Shown: piece by piece, positions 25,327 through 38,744 of the stretch
How the letters are laid out: each line of letters begins with the position of its first letter
Numbering within the stretch: position 1 is the first letter of the stretch
Assembly: GCA_050084515.1 (NCBI GenBank)
Contig: CM114271.1
Span: 16,864,001 to 16,928,000, forward strand
Direction: 5' to 3'
DNA length: 64,000 nt
Source of the DNA: Blasia pusilla
Taxonomy: Eukaryota
Notes under the pieces: generated by a model
The model's database searches: none
The model's input: only the letters and a program-made list of their open reading frames with translations
What the model was told of the DNA's origin: nothing
Position numbers and translations under genes: made by a program

Positions 25327-25658
25327 CATGGTTGCACAAAAATGGACAAGTCCTTCCTTTAGACGGACATTGACGAGCAAGTCTGGATATGTCCACGAAC
25401 ATGGGTTCCAAGAGGTTGGACCCATACTTTTAGTCCATGATGGAAAACAATGCAAGGATGCATATGAGAGGAGCAATGAGTGAGGAGGGAATGGAGGTGG
25501 GGGGAGGTGGGGGGAGGAAGAAATGGGGGAATATGGAACACGAAGGCAAGTAAGGGAAATGAGAAAGAAGGAAAAGGTGGGGCCCATACGGACAAGTCCT
25601 TCCATAGGACGGACATGGATATGTCCACGGACACGGACTTTGTTCACATGCAACTTTG
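25327..25658 (-). mobile_element. hAT-type MITE (332 bp)
   Basis: TIR catggttgca...tgcaactttg; perfect 8-bp TSD atgggtca. Confidence 0.92.
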
Positions 25659-28600
25659 ATGGGTCATAACTCATGTATTGAGTAACCTGACCTTTACTCT
25701 GAGATGAGTTAATTATCGATTGAACTAATAAAGATGGTAGTACAACCAGCCCAGATGATGGGTTTGGTAGTTCTAATAGAATCTTGTAATATTTGTATAG
25801 GTTATTTATTCGGAAATTTATGAGGATTTCTTTGATAGTTGGTGATGTGGGATTTTGAAATCTTTTTACAATAGTGTTAAAGTTAAATCCCACTAGAGGG
25901 GAATCTAACAATGAAGTTATGCAAAAGAATCCTCTGTGAAAACCGTTTGAATTTTATTTACCACACCAATTCTCGAGTCCCCTATTCAGAGAAGTTGAAA
26001 CTTCAAGGGGTCAATACTAAGTACAACCCAAATGTACAATGGACTCATGTACAGATTCAGATTTTGCATGGCTTATTTGAAATATATATGTCACAAATAT
26101 GGAAGTGTTTCAAGCGTGGAATTATGTATTGCCTTTGGAATTCATTGCACAATGCATATGATGGGGGCTCAATAGAGTGCATAACAAACATCGTAGAATG
26201 TAGATTATGGTTAAGAATAACTCCACAATATCCGCAACATTGTATTTTTTAAATTGTAGATAAGCATATTGACTACCATTTTAGTAGGTAGGAAGAAGCT
26301 GATGACCAATCATAACAATGTGATCCACAATTCAATTTCCTAGCTAAGGTAAAATAGCTTTAGCATTCCAAAGTAGTGAGGAAATACTTTACTTTGTGGA
26401 AGGGAAAATTAGACAAATGTAGACTATCTTGACTACTTTCCTCCACAAATTTTGATAAAAAATTTCCTTGAGCACAAGAGATCCAATGTATAATACGCTA
26501 AGACTCTCCTTATGTTTGTTGTAGTTTGGGGCCTCTGTACCGTCCCTTACCGTAGCAGATGCTGAATGTTTTGTTGGTTTATTGGTAAGATATATATAGA
26601 TAGACATAGGAATAGTCAAAATGCACTTTACAAGATGAATATTTTAGTGTGGATTTTTATCACATCATAGTAATTATATAAGATATCCATATGAAGACAA
26701 AATAGCCAATGTTTGGACCAGGTATGTTAAGGTCTGATGCTAATAACATATAAAGTTATGCTATTAAAATGATTGCAAAACACTTTGTGTTAGACCATAT
26801 AATTGTGCCCACTTAACCTAACTCCCTCTCAATCGTCTTATTTGTAGGTGATGGCGAGAATTAATCTCCAAGACTGATCCTATAAGCACGCTCTTGTAAA
26901 GAGGCTCACTTGGAAGTATTTGGCATAGAGTTTGAACTTTTGAATTATGTGTTGTGGTTGATATAATAATGAATTTGGCCTCGAGAATGGCTAAAATTGC
27001 ACATGTGAGAGAATTGTCTAAAAGTCCTTGATAATTACTGATCATCTTAAGTGCTATGTTATATCATGTTATAACATAGCACAAACTCAAGATGTTGCTT
27101 GATTGTTCATACATAGGATGGAATGGGTATATTTAACCCATTCCATCCTATGCGTCAACAAGTCATCCTCTACCTCCTCACGATGTCTTCCAATCTCTTC
27201 AAACGGGCTCTACGGATACTCATCGATCCATTCTACAAGACATGACAAAATAAAAGTTAAACTTTTGGAAGAAGTTGACAATCCGCAATTACATCTTCCA
27301 ATAAATGTTTTTTGAAAATATAGCTTGTAAGAAATTTATATATATATATGTGGGAGACTTATTATCAGCTAGGCTAGTAAAAAAATGAAAGATACTATGG
27401 ATCAAGTTTTTAAAGACTAATAAAGATACATCTATCCCATAAAATCGACGGACCTGGTTTCACCAACTCCCTCAAATGTTTCTTGAAGGTGCATTGAATG
27501 TCATTTAGGCTCTTGTTCCAAGATTGTATGTGTGACAAGAATCACGACTCGTATTTTTGTTAGGTTTTTCTTTTCCACTGCTAGCAAATAGTCATGTAAA
27601 AAAATCATTTAAATTTGAATATACGTCAATAATCGGGTCACAATTTAGTATCGAGAATAGCTCATCGAAACAGGACTATTCGATTTTATATCTTTTTCTA
27701 ATATTATCTAATCTGAAATTTTAAAATGTAATAAAATTTCTGGGCACTTATTCAACTAATTCGGATATAGGACGAAGACTTGTTTGATCGACGTTTGAGA
27801 AAGTGACTTAGCTTTTCAAAAGCCTGCGAAAGGTTTTTCATGCTGCATGGTATGTGTGACAAGATTTTCGATGATCAATCAATCAAGACTTCTTGGACAT
27901 GTTCACGGAGGGAGCGTGGGTAAGATCTATTCCCATTTGAAGAATCTTCACTTTTCCAACGTTCGATCTCGGAGAGGTCAAAACCAAGATTCTTTGCTGA
28001 CGGTGGATGGATGGATGGATCAAGCGCCGCTGAAAAGAAAAGATCTAGAATCGAAATTTGCATGGAAAGGTCCATTTTGAGGAGGCACTGTCGCACTTTG
28101 CATCAGGTGACATTCTGTGTCGAGCTGAAATCAGCCCGGAGTCACACCCTGCAGAAAGTCAGGATCAAAGTTCGTTGCTCACGCGCCAGAAAAGGAAGCA
28201 ACGCGTTATGAGAAGCGATCCAACGATTGGTATTTCTTGGATGACAGTAGGTACACCACGCCTAGTCTAACGAGGCCGAGAGATTTCCCTTCTTGACAGC
28301 AATTCTCAAGTCTCCCCGTGGAGCTACTCAAGTCTTGTAGTCGGCAACTCGCCATCCGCGGACATGCAAGCCGTCTAGGGCGTCTCTGTAGCGCAGCAAG
28401 GCAATCTTTCGGTCAAACCTCCGCACACAACAGGTGCCATTTCCAAATTTGACGACGATAGAATCGAATGCTGTAGCAATCTACCTTCTGCATGGTTTCT
28501 ACCGTTAACTTATTTCCGACAAGAGGAAGAAAGGAAGCAATTATGCGGTTCCTCTAGTTCGCGCACTCTGTACAACGATTACTCTTTCCTCATTGAACAC

Positions 28601-30959
28601 TATCCCCCCCTTCCTTTTCGTCAAGAATCGTAGATACATTCGTTCTTGAATCCCTCTTCTACTCTTGTGGATTTTCCTTTTCTCTGTATTCCTCGTCTCG
28701 TCGAGTAGAACTGGACGAGATGATGCTATCGACTTAGTGAAACTCCGCCCTTCCTACGTGAAAGACGCACTTCCCTCGCACAGACTTCGGAGCTTTCTAG
28801 CGTGTTGCTGTACCATACCTAAGGAACCACAGAAGGGAATGAATGCCCTGCGCCTTCAACAATGAGGATGGCTGGAATGGAGGGCTTTCCCGTTAGAAAA
28901 AGCCTTAGGTTAGATTCGGCGTAGCAGGTTTGCGATTAGCTTGCAACTTATTGCCGCTATCCACAAAAGATGAAGGCGTACGAAAGGAGGCTGTACTGGA
29001 GAGAAACTTCTACCTGCAAAGCCTCGTATCCCTGTTTCGTGCAGGGATGCGAGGAGGGATCGGATCTCGAAAGGCAGGAATGCGGGGAGAGAGGGATCGA
29101 ATGGATGCGAACAAAAGACGGTATGCGTAAAGTGAAGGAAGGGACGGATCCGTTATTACAAACGCATGTGCTCTGCATCGGATACGGCGGCCGGCAGATG
29201 CATGTGAATTTTGAAAGCCGGAGGAGTTCGGAGAACCTGACACAATTCAAAGCGCAAGAACCGATGAGATTTTGACGCATGTAATTCAACATTTGTAGAC
29301 ACAGCTCGCGAAAAGAGAATGTGACCAAGGCATCAAGTACGCGGGAGGCAGGTCACGACGCTCATATGCAAACCGACTTCGAAGATTCGAATGTGATCCA
29401 TCTGCCCTGTTTAAACTGCATTCCGGAATCCGGATCCCAAGGATTGTGGCATTGTGCCATTGGGCATGCGTTACAAGTTGCGATTATGTGCGGGAAGCGT
29501 GTTCTTTTATAGAAACTGAGAAAGAACTCTTATTACATATAAAAACATTCTACGTCGAAGCGGGAACATCAGAGCAGCGCAGTCCAGTCGATACAAGATC
29601 GGCTCTCAACACAGGGAGATCTTCGATCAGAATAAACCTAGGAAAGCACGCTATGCTAAGCTTTTGCCATAGATTCGTCCGAACCGCATGAATCTTCAAG
29701 TGCATCTCGACGTTTGTATTAACTTTGGCTCAAGATCTGGAAAATCTATCGTCAAACAAATGTGTTTGACAATAGATTTTAAATTTTAAATTAATTTTTT
29801 AAAGTCCATAGTTTAGACTAGTATGGTACCATAAATTTGAGATTATATTTTTTAAATATGCATAGAGTACTTACTGAAATGTTTGGGAGCCTCCCACATG
29901 GATATGTACGCATTAATCTTACCCGTAATTTTTTATATGGTTGCAAATGAAAGCATGTGGAGAATGAGAATGTGAAACATCCTACACATGTTGAAAGTAG
30001 ATAGTTTAACATTCAAAACGTGACACAAAATAAGAAAATGTAATTTTTACTTAGTACTTACAATATTCATAACAATGGATGTCTAACTTAGCTTTGAAAA
30101 AAGTTACAAGCTCTTCCCTTATTAATCGGAGAAAGAAACTTTATCTTTTCCTTTTCAAATCCCCATCCTTCAATTAAGAAAAACAATCAATTTTTGTAAA
30201 AAAAATTCTAAAATAAAAACTAAATTTGCTCTAAACCAAGCTTGAAAATTAAAATTAATACAAATAAAACTCTTTCATCGCTTCCAAGAGTAGTTTTTAT
30301 CCCAGCATTCTCTCATTATCCTTTTTCCCAAAATATTTCTTAGTTCTCTTTCCAAACTCAGCTTGAAATTATTTATCTTCTAACAATTTTTTTCATGAGC
30401 CTTCAAACAAATAAATTTCTACTTGCAAATGAGCAAGATAATGAACATGAGGGAGCGTAAGGAAGATTTCCTAACTATTGGGAAAACTTTAGGAAAAAAA
30501 AAAATCCTAATTAATTTAGTCTAAGTACTATTTCCTCATAAATTTAAATTTTAGTAAATTTTAAAAATAAAAAGTTTCCAATTTTAAAATGAAAAATAAA
30601 AGGAATTCATCTGATTACTAAATATAGAGTAAAATTTAGAGAACAAGGAAAGTGTTATGAAGATGCTTCGTTCATAAGTTGCATAGATGGCTTTCATTCA
30701 CAAGTCCTCCATTTGAGCTAACCCTTATAATATTATGAATAGTAGATTGCACCTTACCGATATTCTCTCCCCATAAATTCCCCCAAAAATTAATCATTGT
30801 TATAAAAAAAAATATTTTTTCCTATTACCCTACATCAAATAGAATATGCAAATCAAGAAGCTAGACTTTCTTTTCAGCATAGATTAAATAAGATAACATA
30901 CATGAGTTTAGATTGCTATAAAAGGTATTACATATATACAAGGTTGCACAAGGACAAAC

Positions 30960-31450
30960 TCTATGCTCGCGTTCAGCCCCGCGGGCTTTGTGTCCCACAA
31001 CGGAGCCCGCATACGGGCCCGCGTACAGCCCGTGTGCGGGCTCTATGGCCCGCGATCCCCCCTCCTCCCCCCCGCCCGCATACGGGCCCGCCACGCCCTC
31101 CCCCGGGCCCGAGAGCCCTCCCCCGCCCGCATGCGGGCTCAAGGGCCCACGTACAGCCCACGACGGAGCCCGCATGCGGGCCCGTGAGCCCTCACCCGCC
31201 TCCCCCCCCTTGCGCGCGCATACGGGCCTACGAGCTTACATGCGGGCCCGCCGTAGCCCGCATGCAAGCCCGCAAGCCTCCGCCGTAGCCCGCGAACCCC
31301 TCCCCTGTCTGCCCCCCCCAACCCCACTAGCCCGTCGTGGCCCGCTCGAGGGCCTGCTGCTCCCGCGAACCCCGTGGGGACATGTGGCGGCCTGGGAGTG
31401 GCTAGGGCCAAGTTCGAACCCCAACCCCCCCCCCCTCCCCTTCCCCCTCC
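30960..31450. repeat. GC-rich subterminal repeat array of hAT end
   Basis: Dense agcccgc/gcgggc motifs in both orientations next to the TIR. Confidence 0.8.
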
Positions 31451-32149
31451 CTTCCCTTTTTTCCGTTTTGGGTAAAACCCATAAGGGATGGGCCCACAAA
31501 TGGCCCCAAAAATGTACATATGGAAGGAGTAAAGTACCCAATTATTAGTAATTTCTCCTATTTATCTAGTTTTTTAGTGATATTTTGGATTTGGCTCCAA
31601 ATGTTTATGGTGCCTTGATGGCTAAGGGCATTCAAGATCACTAGGAATTTTGAGAAATCCCTTGGGTGCCTTTTGGGAGTACTTGGATTTTATTTGGGAC
31701 CAACTTGGATATTTGCGCTCCTTGTTGCATCTGAAATAAACTCCGATTGACTCCACATTAGGTGAGTGTTTGTGAGTGTGGAAATCTCTTGTTTCACTAA
31801 ACTTGTTGGGTGATTTTGAGATTTCTGATCCCTAGACCCGAGTGTTTTGAATTGTTTCATTGGTTCTCCTTAGCACATCGAGGATGTGGAGGTGATCAAG
31901 GAACCTTGTCTAAACACGCCCATATCTACCTATTCCCTTTGAGAGCCCAACCCTAAACTTCCATCATTCACATGTTGGTACATTATGAGCCATTTTTTAG
32001 CATCTCACGTTATTCTCTTTTCGGTATTTTCTCGTCTCAACCCGTACATTTCTTTCCCTTTTATTTTTAAAGATATTATTATCTTCTTCATCCGAGGGAA
32101 ATATCTAGTGGGGTTGGGTCTTCTTTGGGGTTATTGCACATGGAATGGT

Positions 32150-33216
32150 CAATATCAACCCCAAAGAAGTACTACGTCCCTTGAAAAGACGTTGAGCACT
32201 TCTTAACTCTATATAGAATCTTTCTATGAGAGCCAACTCTGGGTTGAAAATGTACTTCTCTGGGGTTGACATTGACCGTTCCGTGTGCAATAACTTTGAT
32301 TTACCATAAGAATGTAGTAATAGGACATCACCCAAGCGATATTGTGGGAACTGGTTTACACGTAATTATGTACTGTTGTAAAATAAATTGAACCCATGGC
32401 TTTAGGGAAGGAATGTACTATTGCATGAAGGTGTATAAGGAATCATCTCTATCAAGATCTACAAAATCGATGATGCGAGAGGAGTTGTTTGCGAGTATTT
32501 TACATCGCGGTGTTGTTTGCATGGTGGGAAGGTTGATTGCGGATCCACCGCGTGCCATTTTTCCATATTGGAATGATGGACACCTCAAAATGCCATGTTG
32601 TTCTTCAAGTTATGGCAAGCATGCCATAACTTGAAGAACAACAAGTGTAATCTCGGAGAGTTGGAAAAGATGAGATGTCTCGCAATAGCATCAAATGTCA
32701 TCCAACTTGTGGTTGTTCTTCTTGGTACCATGGAGATTGTCCACAAGCGTGGGGTTTCATACCGACCTCCATGCTAGAAACATGTTCATCCATTTTGGAT
32801 CCAACTCTAGCCCATACATCGGCTTTGGAGATTGGGGGAATGCCATGTGGACTAATGAAGTCTTAGAGTCTCCTTATAGATGATGGCAGTATGAACAAAA
32901 AAATCATGTTGGGTATATAGCACCGGAATTGACAGCAGGGCCTCTGAATCTCCCTTTTAGCAAGGCCACTTAAATCTTTGCCCTAAGAATAATTGTGAAG
33001 AATTTGAACTATATGACATACAACCTCTCTGTCGGGAATGCCCAAGCGAACGTGAGATTTACTTATTTGGAAAGGATTCAAAAGTGGGCATGAGCTCCGA
33101 ATCCCTTTGAATGCAAAAGCTTAGAGTTTCTTATTGCATATATCAGAGCAAATGCGAAAGTATTAGGTGTAGACGATGTAGATTCCGGATTAAGTCCAAT
33201 AACAGTGGTAGTATGA
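32150..33216 (+). pseudogene. Intronless protein kinase-like pseudogene
   Basis: IVGTG, YCMKVY, REE, HRGVV, HTDLHARNMFI, IGFGDWG, GYIAPEL in order across frameshifts and stops. Confidence 0.8.
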
Positions 33217-33409
33217 TTGTAATCCCGTTTGAGGATTGGATATTTTCATGAGAAATGAAAGACTTGGTTCAAAAAGATGAATGTGTTACTATGAAATTTT
33301 GTAAATGATGAATCTTGATTGATGTGCGGATGTATCGTGTGCCATCGTATCACTATTATTAGAATCATTTCTAAATCACCTTTCTTTTTGTATTTCGGTA
33401 AAAGACAAG

Positions 33410-35638
33410 ATGGAGTTGCCACCTCATGAAGACCGTAGCCCTCACGACGATGGAAGAGGGGAAGAATCCCTCGATACACCGACACCAGAGATCCCTCCAA
33501 AGATAAACAAGAAGACGGTCTCGCAATTTGTCACGGAAGATCAATTGAAGGCGCACTTTGATAGCGCCATTGATCCACAAGTTTTGAAAGGAGATTTCAA
33601 GAAGTCACGGCTAAAGTGGCCAGAGCGTGGGATTGGAGAATTTGCAAAGAAAGTGGAAGAGAATGATTGGACAAAGGATCGGGCTTTATTCAATGGCGTC
33701 CAAAAGTACGAAGAATTCCCCTAGAGAAAGAGGAAGTTAGTGAGCAAGGTATTTGTTCAGCACAAAGTCGTAGAGTTGATGAAGGAAATGGAGGTCCAGT
33801 ATGGCGATGTGGATGAGGGGTCTCCAAGAAGAGATAAGAGACCAAGAGAAGAAGACAGTAGAACCCCACGGAAACACTTTAAACGAGCAAGAGTGGAAGC
33901 TTAATCACCACGAGCGTCGTCATGCCATTATCAGCAAGGTGGATTGTCAAGGAGCCTTAGAGCCATACTATCTTTCTTGGATGGTCAAAGAAGAAATCGT
34001 CGTGTTGAAGAATATATACAAGATGAGAGTGGAGATGAAGGGCCAGTACAGATGGGGGAGGAGGATAGATGAGATGGTTTGAATGACCTCTATGTAGGTC
34101 GTAATACGAGCTTTGATGAGCCCGAGGAGAGTTTTTGATCGCCCTATACATAGCGGTGCTCCTCCCCAAACCTTTTGTGGGGAGAGTGCTCTGGATAAAA
34201 GCGAGGTAATGTCTCCTCTATCATAGTTGGAGAGTTTAATAATAAATTCCCAACGTAATTTTGATTTGGCCGCGAAATTCAACGTTTTGAAGGGAAAGTA
34301 TGAACAACTATCTAAGGAGCACATCAGATTGAAGAAAGAGATGGAGAAGTTTTTGAACGGATCTTTTGCTAGAGATGACCTCCATAGAAGGAAAAGAGTT
34401 GTAATGGTTTACCACAAAAAGCAGTGGAGGAGAGTATGCGAGAACATCATGGCAAGATGACAGCAAGAGATGGATGAATTGTTGCGATTGAGAGTAAGAG
34501 GTAACATGGGAGAACTCATCCCCGAGACAACCCTACTTGAGGGTCATCTTGTGAAGGAGATTGATATGATCTTATTTCAACTTGTATAGCAGATGTGGCC
34601 TCCAACTCTATGCGCAGCATGGGACAATGTGATAGATCCAAACGCTGCGAACTATGCCTCTATGATGTTGGCACCAACGCCTCTTAATACGAACACACAA
34701 GTGCAAGATCTTCCGGATTGGATGAAGACAATTGCAATATGTGAAGGAGGGCCCTCATGCCAAACAACTGGCCCAAATGCATGATCTGCTTCAACCCCAT
34801 CGCGGCAGAAGGTTGCTACATGATAGGCACATTTAAAGCTTGTTATTGGCATCCATATTATCTTCAAAAGGCCATGCTACTATCTCACAAGTGTCCAACT
34901 TGTAGACAAGTTTGGTCAGGAAGACTCTATCACCTTTTGGCATATCTTTCCGCACTCTTGATGGCAATGCACCACCCACTTATCGCAAATTAATCCAAGA
35001 GCAAGAAAAATTCACTTTTAGTTTAGGACATCATAGCCCCCGATCGAACTATAACCCCAAAGTGAACATAGACGGGGTGGTTCAAAAAAATCCCTCGCCA
35101 GCGGAGGATTGATCGAGCAATGCAAGCGGGGTTGGTCCACTTCATTAACAAGTAAAATCGAGGAGAGCTCATCCATGGAACAACCATTGATCTCCAAAAT
35201 CGAGAGGCGAAAAACTTCTTCTTTGCTCAAGGGTTGAATTCACAAGAAGTTGGAGACGCCCTCAACACAACTCGACAACTTGTGCGAAACCATCATAAAA
35301 AATCCATTGATGGATGAGCTTGTTTTGAGGAGACTCAAATTGATCTTGCCACCTTTCTTATGGCAAGATATTCCTCAAAGGACTGAAGGCGGATATCCTT
35401 GAACATACTATTATCCTTGTCGAATGTAGGAGGGACTCTTTGGATTCTTCGAGAGAGAGTGGGAGATGTTTCCGACACAGCCAGCACAAGAATTTGATGA
35501 TGGTGAAGCTGATGTTGAGTTGGAAAGGACTATTCCTTGTGGAGGTGGGACGCGTGTGACTAGAGCTAGGGGCAAAGAAGGAAGAAATGGTGAGACGTCA
35601 ACACCGGTGTTACATATATCGGATGATAAAACAGATTA
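33410..35638 (+). pseudogene. Intronless coiled-coil plus RING-finger-like pseudogene
   Basis: Long E/K-rich reading segments broken by stops, then CMICFNPIAAEGCYMIGTFKACYWHPYYLQKAMLLSHKCPTCR (eroded RING), acidic tail. Confidence 0.65.
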
Positions 35639-36469
35639 GAGAGAATGAGTTGATATTTATATCTTTGTAATGTACTTAAGTATTAGGTTCCTCTCAATCC
35701 AAATGTTTTTTTGGATACTCCTCATTTATTGTAAAACATTTTCAAAAAAATTCAAAATATCCCATTAAGGAAACTTGTGAATGTGAGCCGATCACGAATG
35801 TTGTCCATGAAGTGAGTTCATGAAATGGATGAAAATTTTCTCTTGGGTTATAAATCCTTGGATAAGGTGGAAGGTACCATAATTGAATGATTTGTTTGAT
35901 ATAAATTTAATTTTTTAATCACTAACTCCTAAAAAATTACTAACTCATCAAAATAATTGACTTTCTTTTATTTATTGAAAGATGGGGATTGGAAAAGGGA
36001 TGAATTTTTTTTCCAAAATTAATGAAGGAAAATCTATGTTTGAATTGAAATGTAAAGGAAAATAATATATGAATTTTTTTTAGTGACCAATATTGCATGG
36101 GGTAGAATTTGAAAGGGACTTGGATGGAATAGAAACCAAATTTACTTATTAATTCATTTTTTATTTAATACTATAATAGATGAATATAAATCTTACTAAA
36201 TTTGTATAAATTTTAAAATGTTAGATAAATAAATTCAGAGGTGCTTTGATTCATATGTAATGGAAAGAGAAATTGAATTTTAATGGAGAATGAATAGATT
36301 TGGTTTGAATTTTATGGAAGGATGAATTTACTCTAGGGAGTATGATATCATTTACATTTGATTGCAAGAGTGTAATTACTTACAAGAGTGAAATATAATA
36401 ACTCTTCTAACATTCTATAGAATAGTGCAGATGGTTCACAAGTAACATCTATCACTCTGACAAAGTCTC

Positions 36470-38330
36470 ATCCCAAATTAAATTTAAAATGACCTTTTGG
36501 ACCCGAAGCAAATAACCTTGAATGAAAAAAAAGGTCTTTAACCAGACATCTTGTCCAATGTTTCCATCTTGAGCTAAACTTTTGCCCACGTGGTCTCCAA
36601 GGTGCATCTAGCACTCTTGCCAAGTTTAAATCAAAATGGAGTTGGGACCACAAGCTCAAAAAGTGGCAAGTCCATTTTGGACCCGAACCATTGGACCTTC
36701 TATCAAAATAAGATTTTTCCATTTTTCATTTTGTCCAACTTTCACATTTTGCACTGAAATTTGTCCAACATATTCCCCAAGGTGCATGTTAAACTCTAGT
36801 ACAGTTTCATGTAAAATGGAGCAGTGAGCAAAAGCCCCAAAATTACTAACTCCGTTTTGGACCCGAACCATCATACCTTCTATGAAAAAATGGTTTTTTC
36901 ATTTTTCATCTTGTCCAACTTTCTCATATTAAGCTGACATTTTCACAACATGATCCCCAAGGTGTATGTGACATTCTTGCCAAGTTTCAGTCAAAATGGA
37001 GTTGTGAGAAAAAAACTCAAAAATTACTAACTCCATTTTGGATCCAAATCATTAAACCTTCTACCAGAATAAGGTTTTTTTATTTTTCATCTTATCCAAC
37101 TTTCTCATCTTGAGTTGAAATTTGGCCCACATGGTCCCCAAGGTGCATCTTATACTCTTGCCAAGTTTCAGTCAAAAGAGAGTTCTCAAAAAAACTCAAA
37201 AATTACTAACTCTTTATTGGACCCGAACCATTAAACCTTGAATGAAAAGAAGATCTTATGATTTTTCACCTTCTCCACCTTTCTCATCTTGAGGTAAAAT
37301 TTGGCCCATATGAGCTCCAATATGCATATAAAAGTCTTGCAAATTTTCATGCAAAATGGAGACTTGAGCAAAAGCTCAAAAATTACTAACTCCTATTTGG
37401 ACCCAAACCATTGAACCTTCAATGAAAAGAAGGTCTTATGATTTTTCATCTTGTCCATATTTCTCAACTTGAGATGAAATTTGGCCCACATAGTCTCCAA
37501 GGTGTATCTAGGAGTCTCGCCAATTTTCAAGTAAAATGGAGTTGGGACCACGAGCTCAAAATTTGGCAAGTCCTTTTTGGACCCGAACGATCAGACCTTC
37601 AATCAAAATAAGATTTTTTCATTTTTTATCTTGTCCAAATTTTTCATCTTGAGGTGAAATTTGGCCCACATGGTCTCCAAGGTGCATCTAGTAGTCTTGC
37701 CAATTTTCATGCAAAAGAGAGATGTGAGAAAAAGCTCAAAAATTATTAACTCCTTTTTGGAACCCAACCATTAAACCTTGAATGAAAAGAAGGTCTTATG
37801 ATTTTTCACCTTGTCTACCTTCCTCATCTTGAGATGAAATTTGACCCACATGGTCTCTAAGGTGCGTTTAGCAGTCTTTCCAATTTTCACGCCAAAGGAA
37901 GTCAGGACCAGAAGCTCAAAATTTGGCAAGTCCTTTTTGGACCCAAACCATCATACCTTCTATCAAAATAAGGTTTTCTCATTTTTCATCTTGTCAAACT
38001 CTCCTCTTTAGCTGAAATTTGGCCCACATGGTCCCCAAGGTGCATGTTACACTTTTTCCAAGTTTCAATGAAAATAGACTTGTGAGAAAAAGCTCAAAAA
38101 GTACTAACTCCTCTTTTGACCCGAACCATTAAACCTTGAATGAAAAGAAGGTCTTATGATTTTTCACCTTGTCCAACTTTCTCATCTTGAGGTGAAATTT
38201 GGCCTAGATGTTCTACAAGGTTCATCTAGAAGTCTTGAAGAGATTTTCATGACAATCAAATAGGAGAGGAGAATTTTGGATGCTTAATTTAAGCTCAAGG
38301 TGAAAAGTCTTACTAACTCCTTTTGAAATG
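36470..38330. repeat. 180-bp tandem satellite, block 1 (~10 units)
   Basis: The aattactaactcc / atttggcaagtcc anchor recurs at ~36661, 36841, 37021, 37201, 37381, 37561, 37741, 37921, 38100. Confidence 0.95.
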
Positions 38331-38744
38331 CACCGCCGGCATGCAGAATCAACCATTGTTATGCATACTATGCCGTGGCACACCTTTCGAATCGACTTGA
38401 GTTACGTCTTCAAACCATCATATATTCACCGTTGTCAAACCTTTAAAGCTAGGTGCCTTTTTCAAATTTATATTTACGACAGAGCCTCCCTCTATCCCAA
38501 ATTTCTAAGATCATCAAATGAATTTTGTCCCTAGGTTCTCTACTTTGAGGTTTAGATCATCTTGATCTTTAGTTGCATCAAAGTAAAATATATTATTTTG
38601 AGGTGTCTCAACAAAATATGAGAAGATTTACCCATGTCCGATCATGAAGGGAAGATTTATGGATGATATAACATCCTCTTTATGAACATAGCACTCTCAT
38701 GGGGCGTATGATGGTAGGAAAGAGTAAAATGGCTTTGGCCTTTG

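Noticed and set aside
25324-25911. 195-aa ORF and similar ORFs at 20550 and 50229-50802
   Set aside because: They run through copies of the same MITE; shared peptide text reflects the repeat
22700-27320. Possible highly decayed transposase or helicase
   Set aside because: Only scattered coding-like fragments; no motif series I could support
30861-31548. Overlapping Pro/Ala/Gly-rich ORFs (also 43445-44234)
   Set aside because: By-product of GC-rich hAT subterminal repeats lacking stop codons
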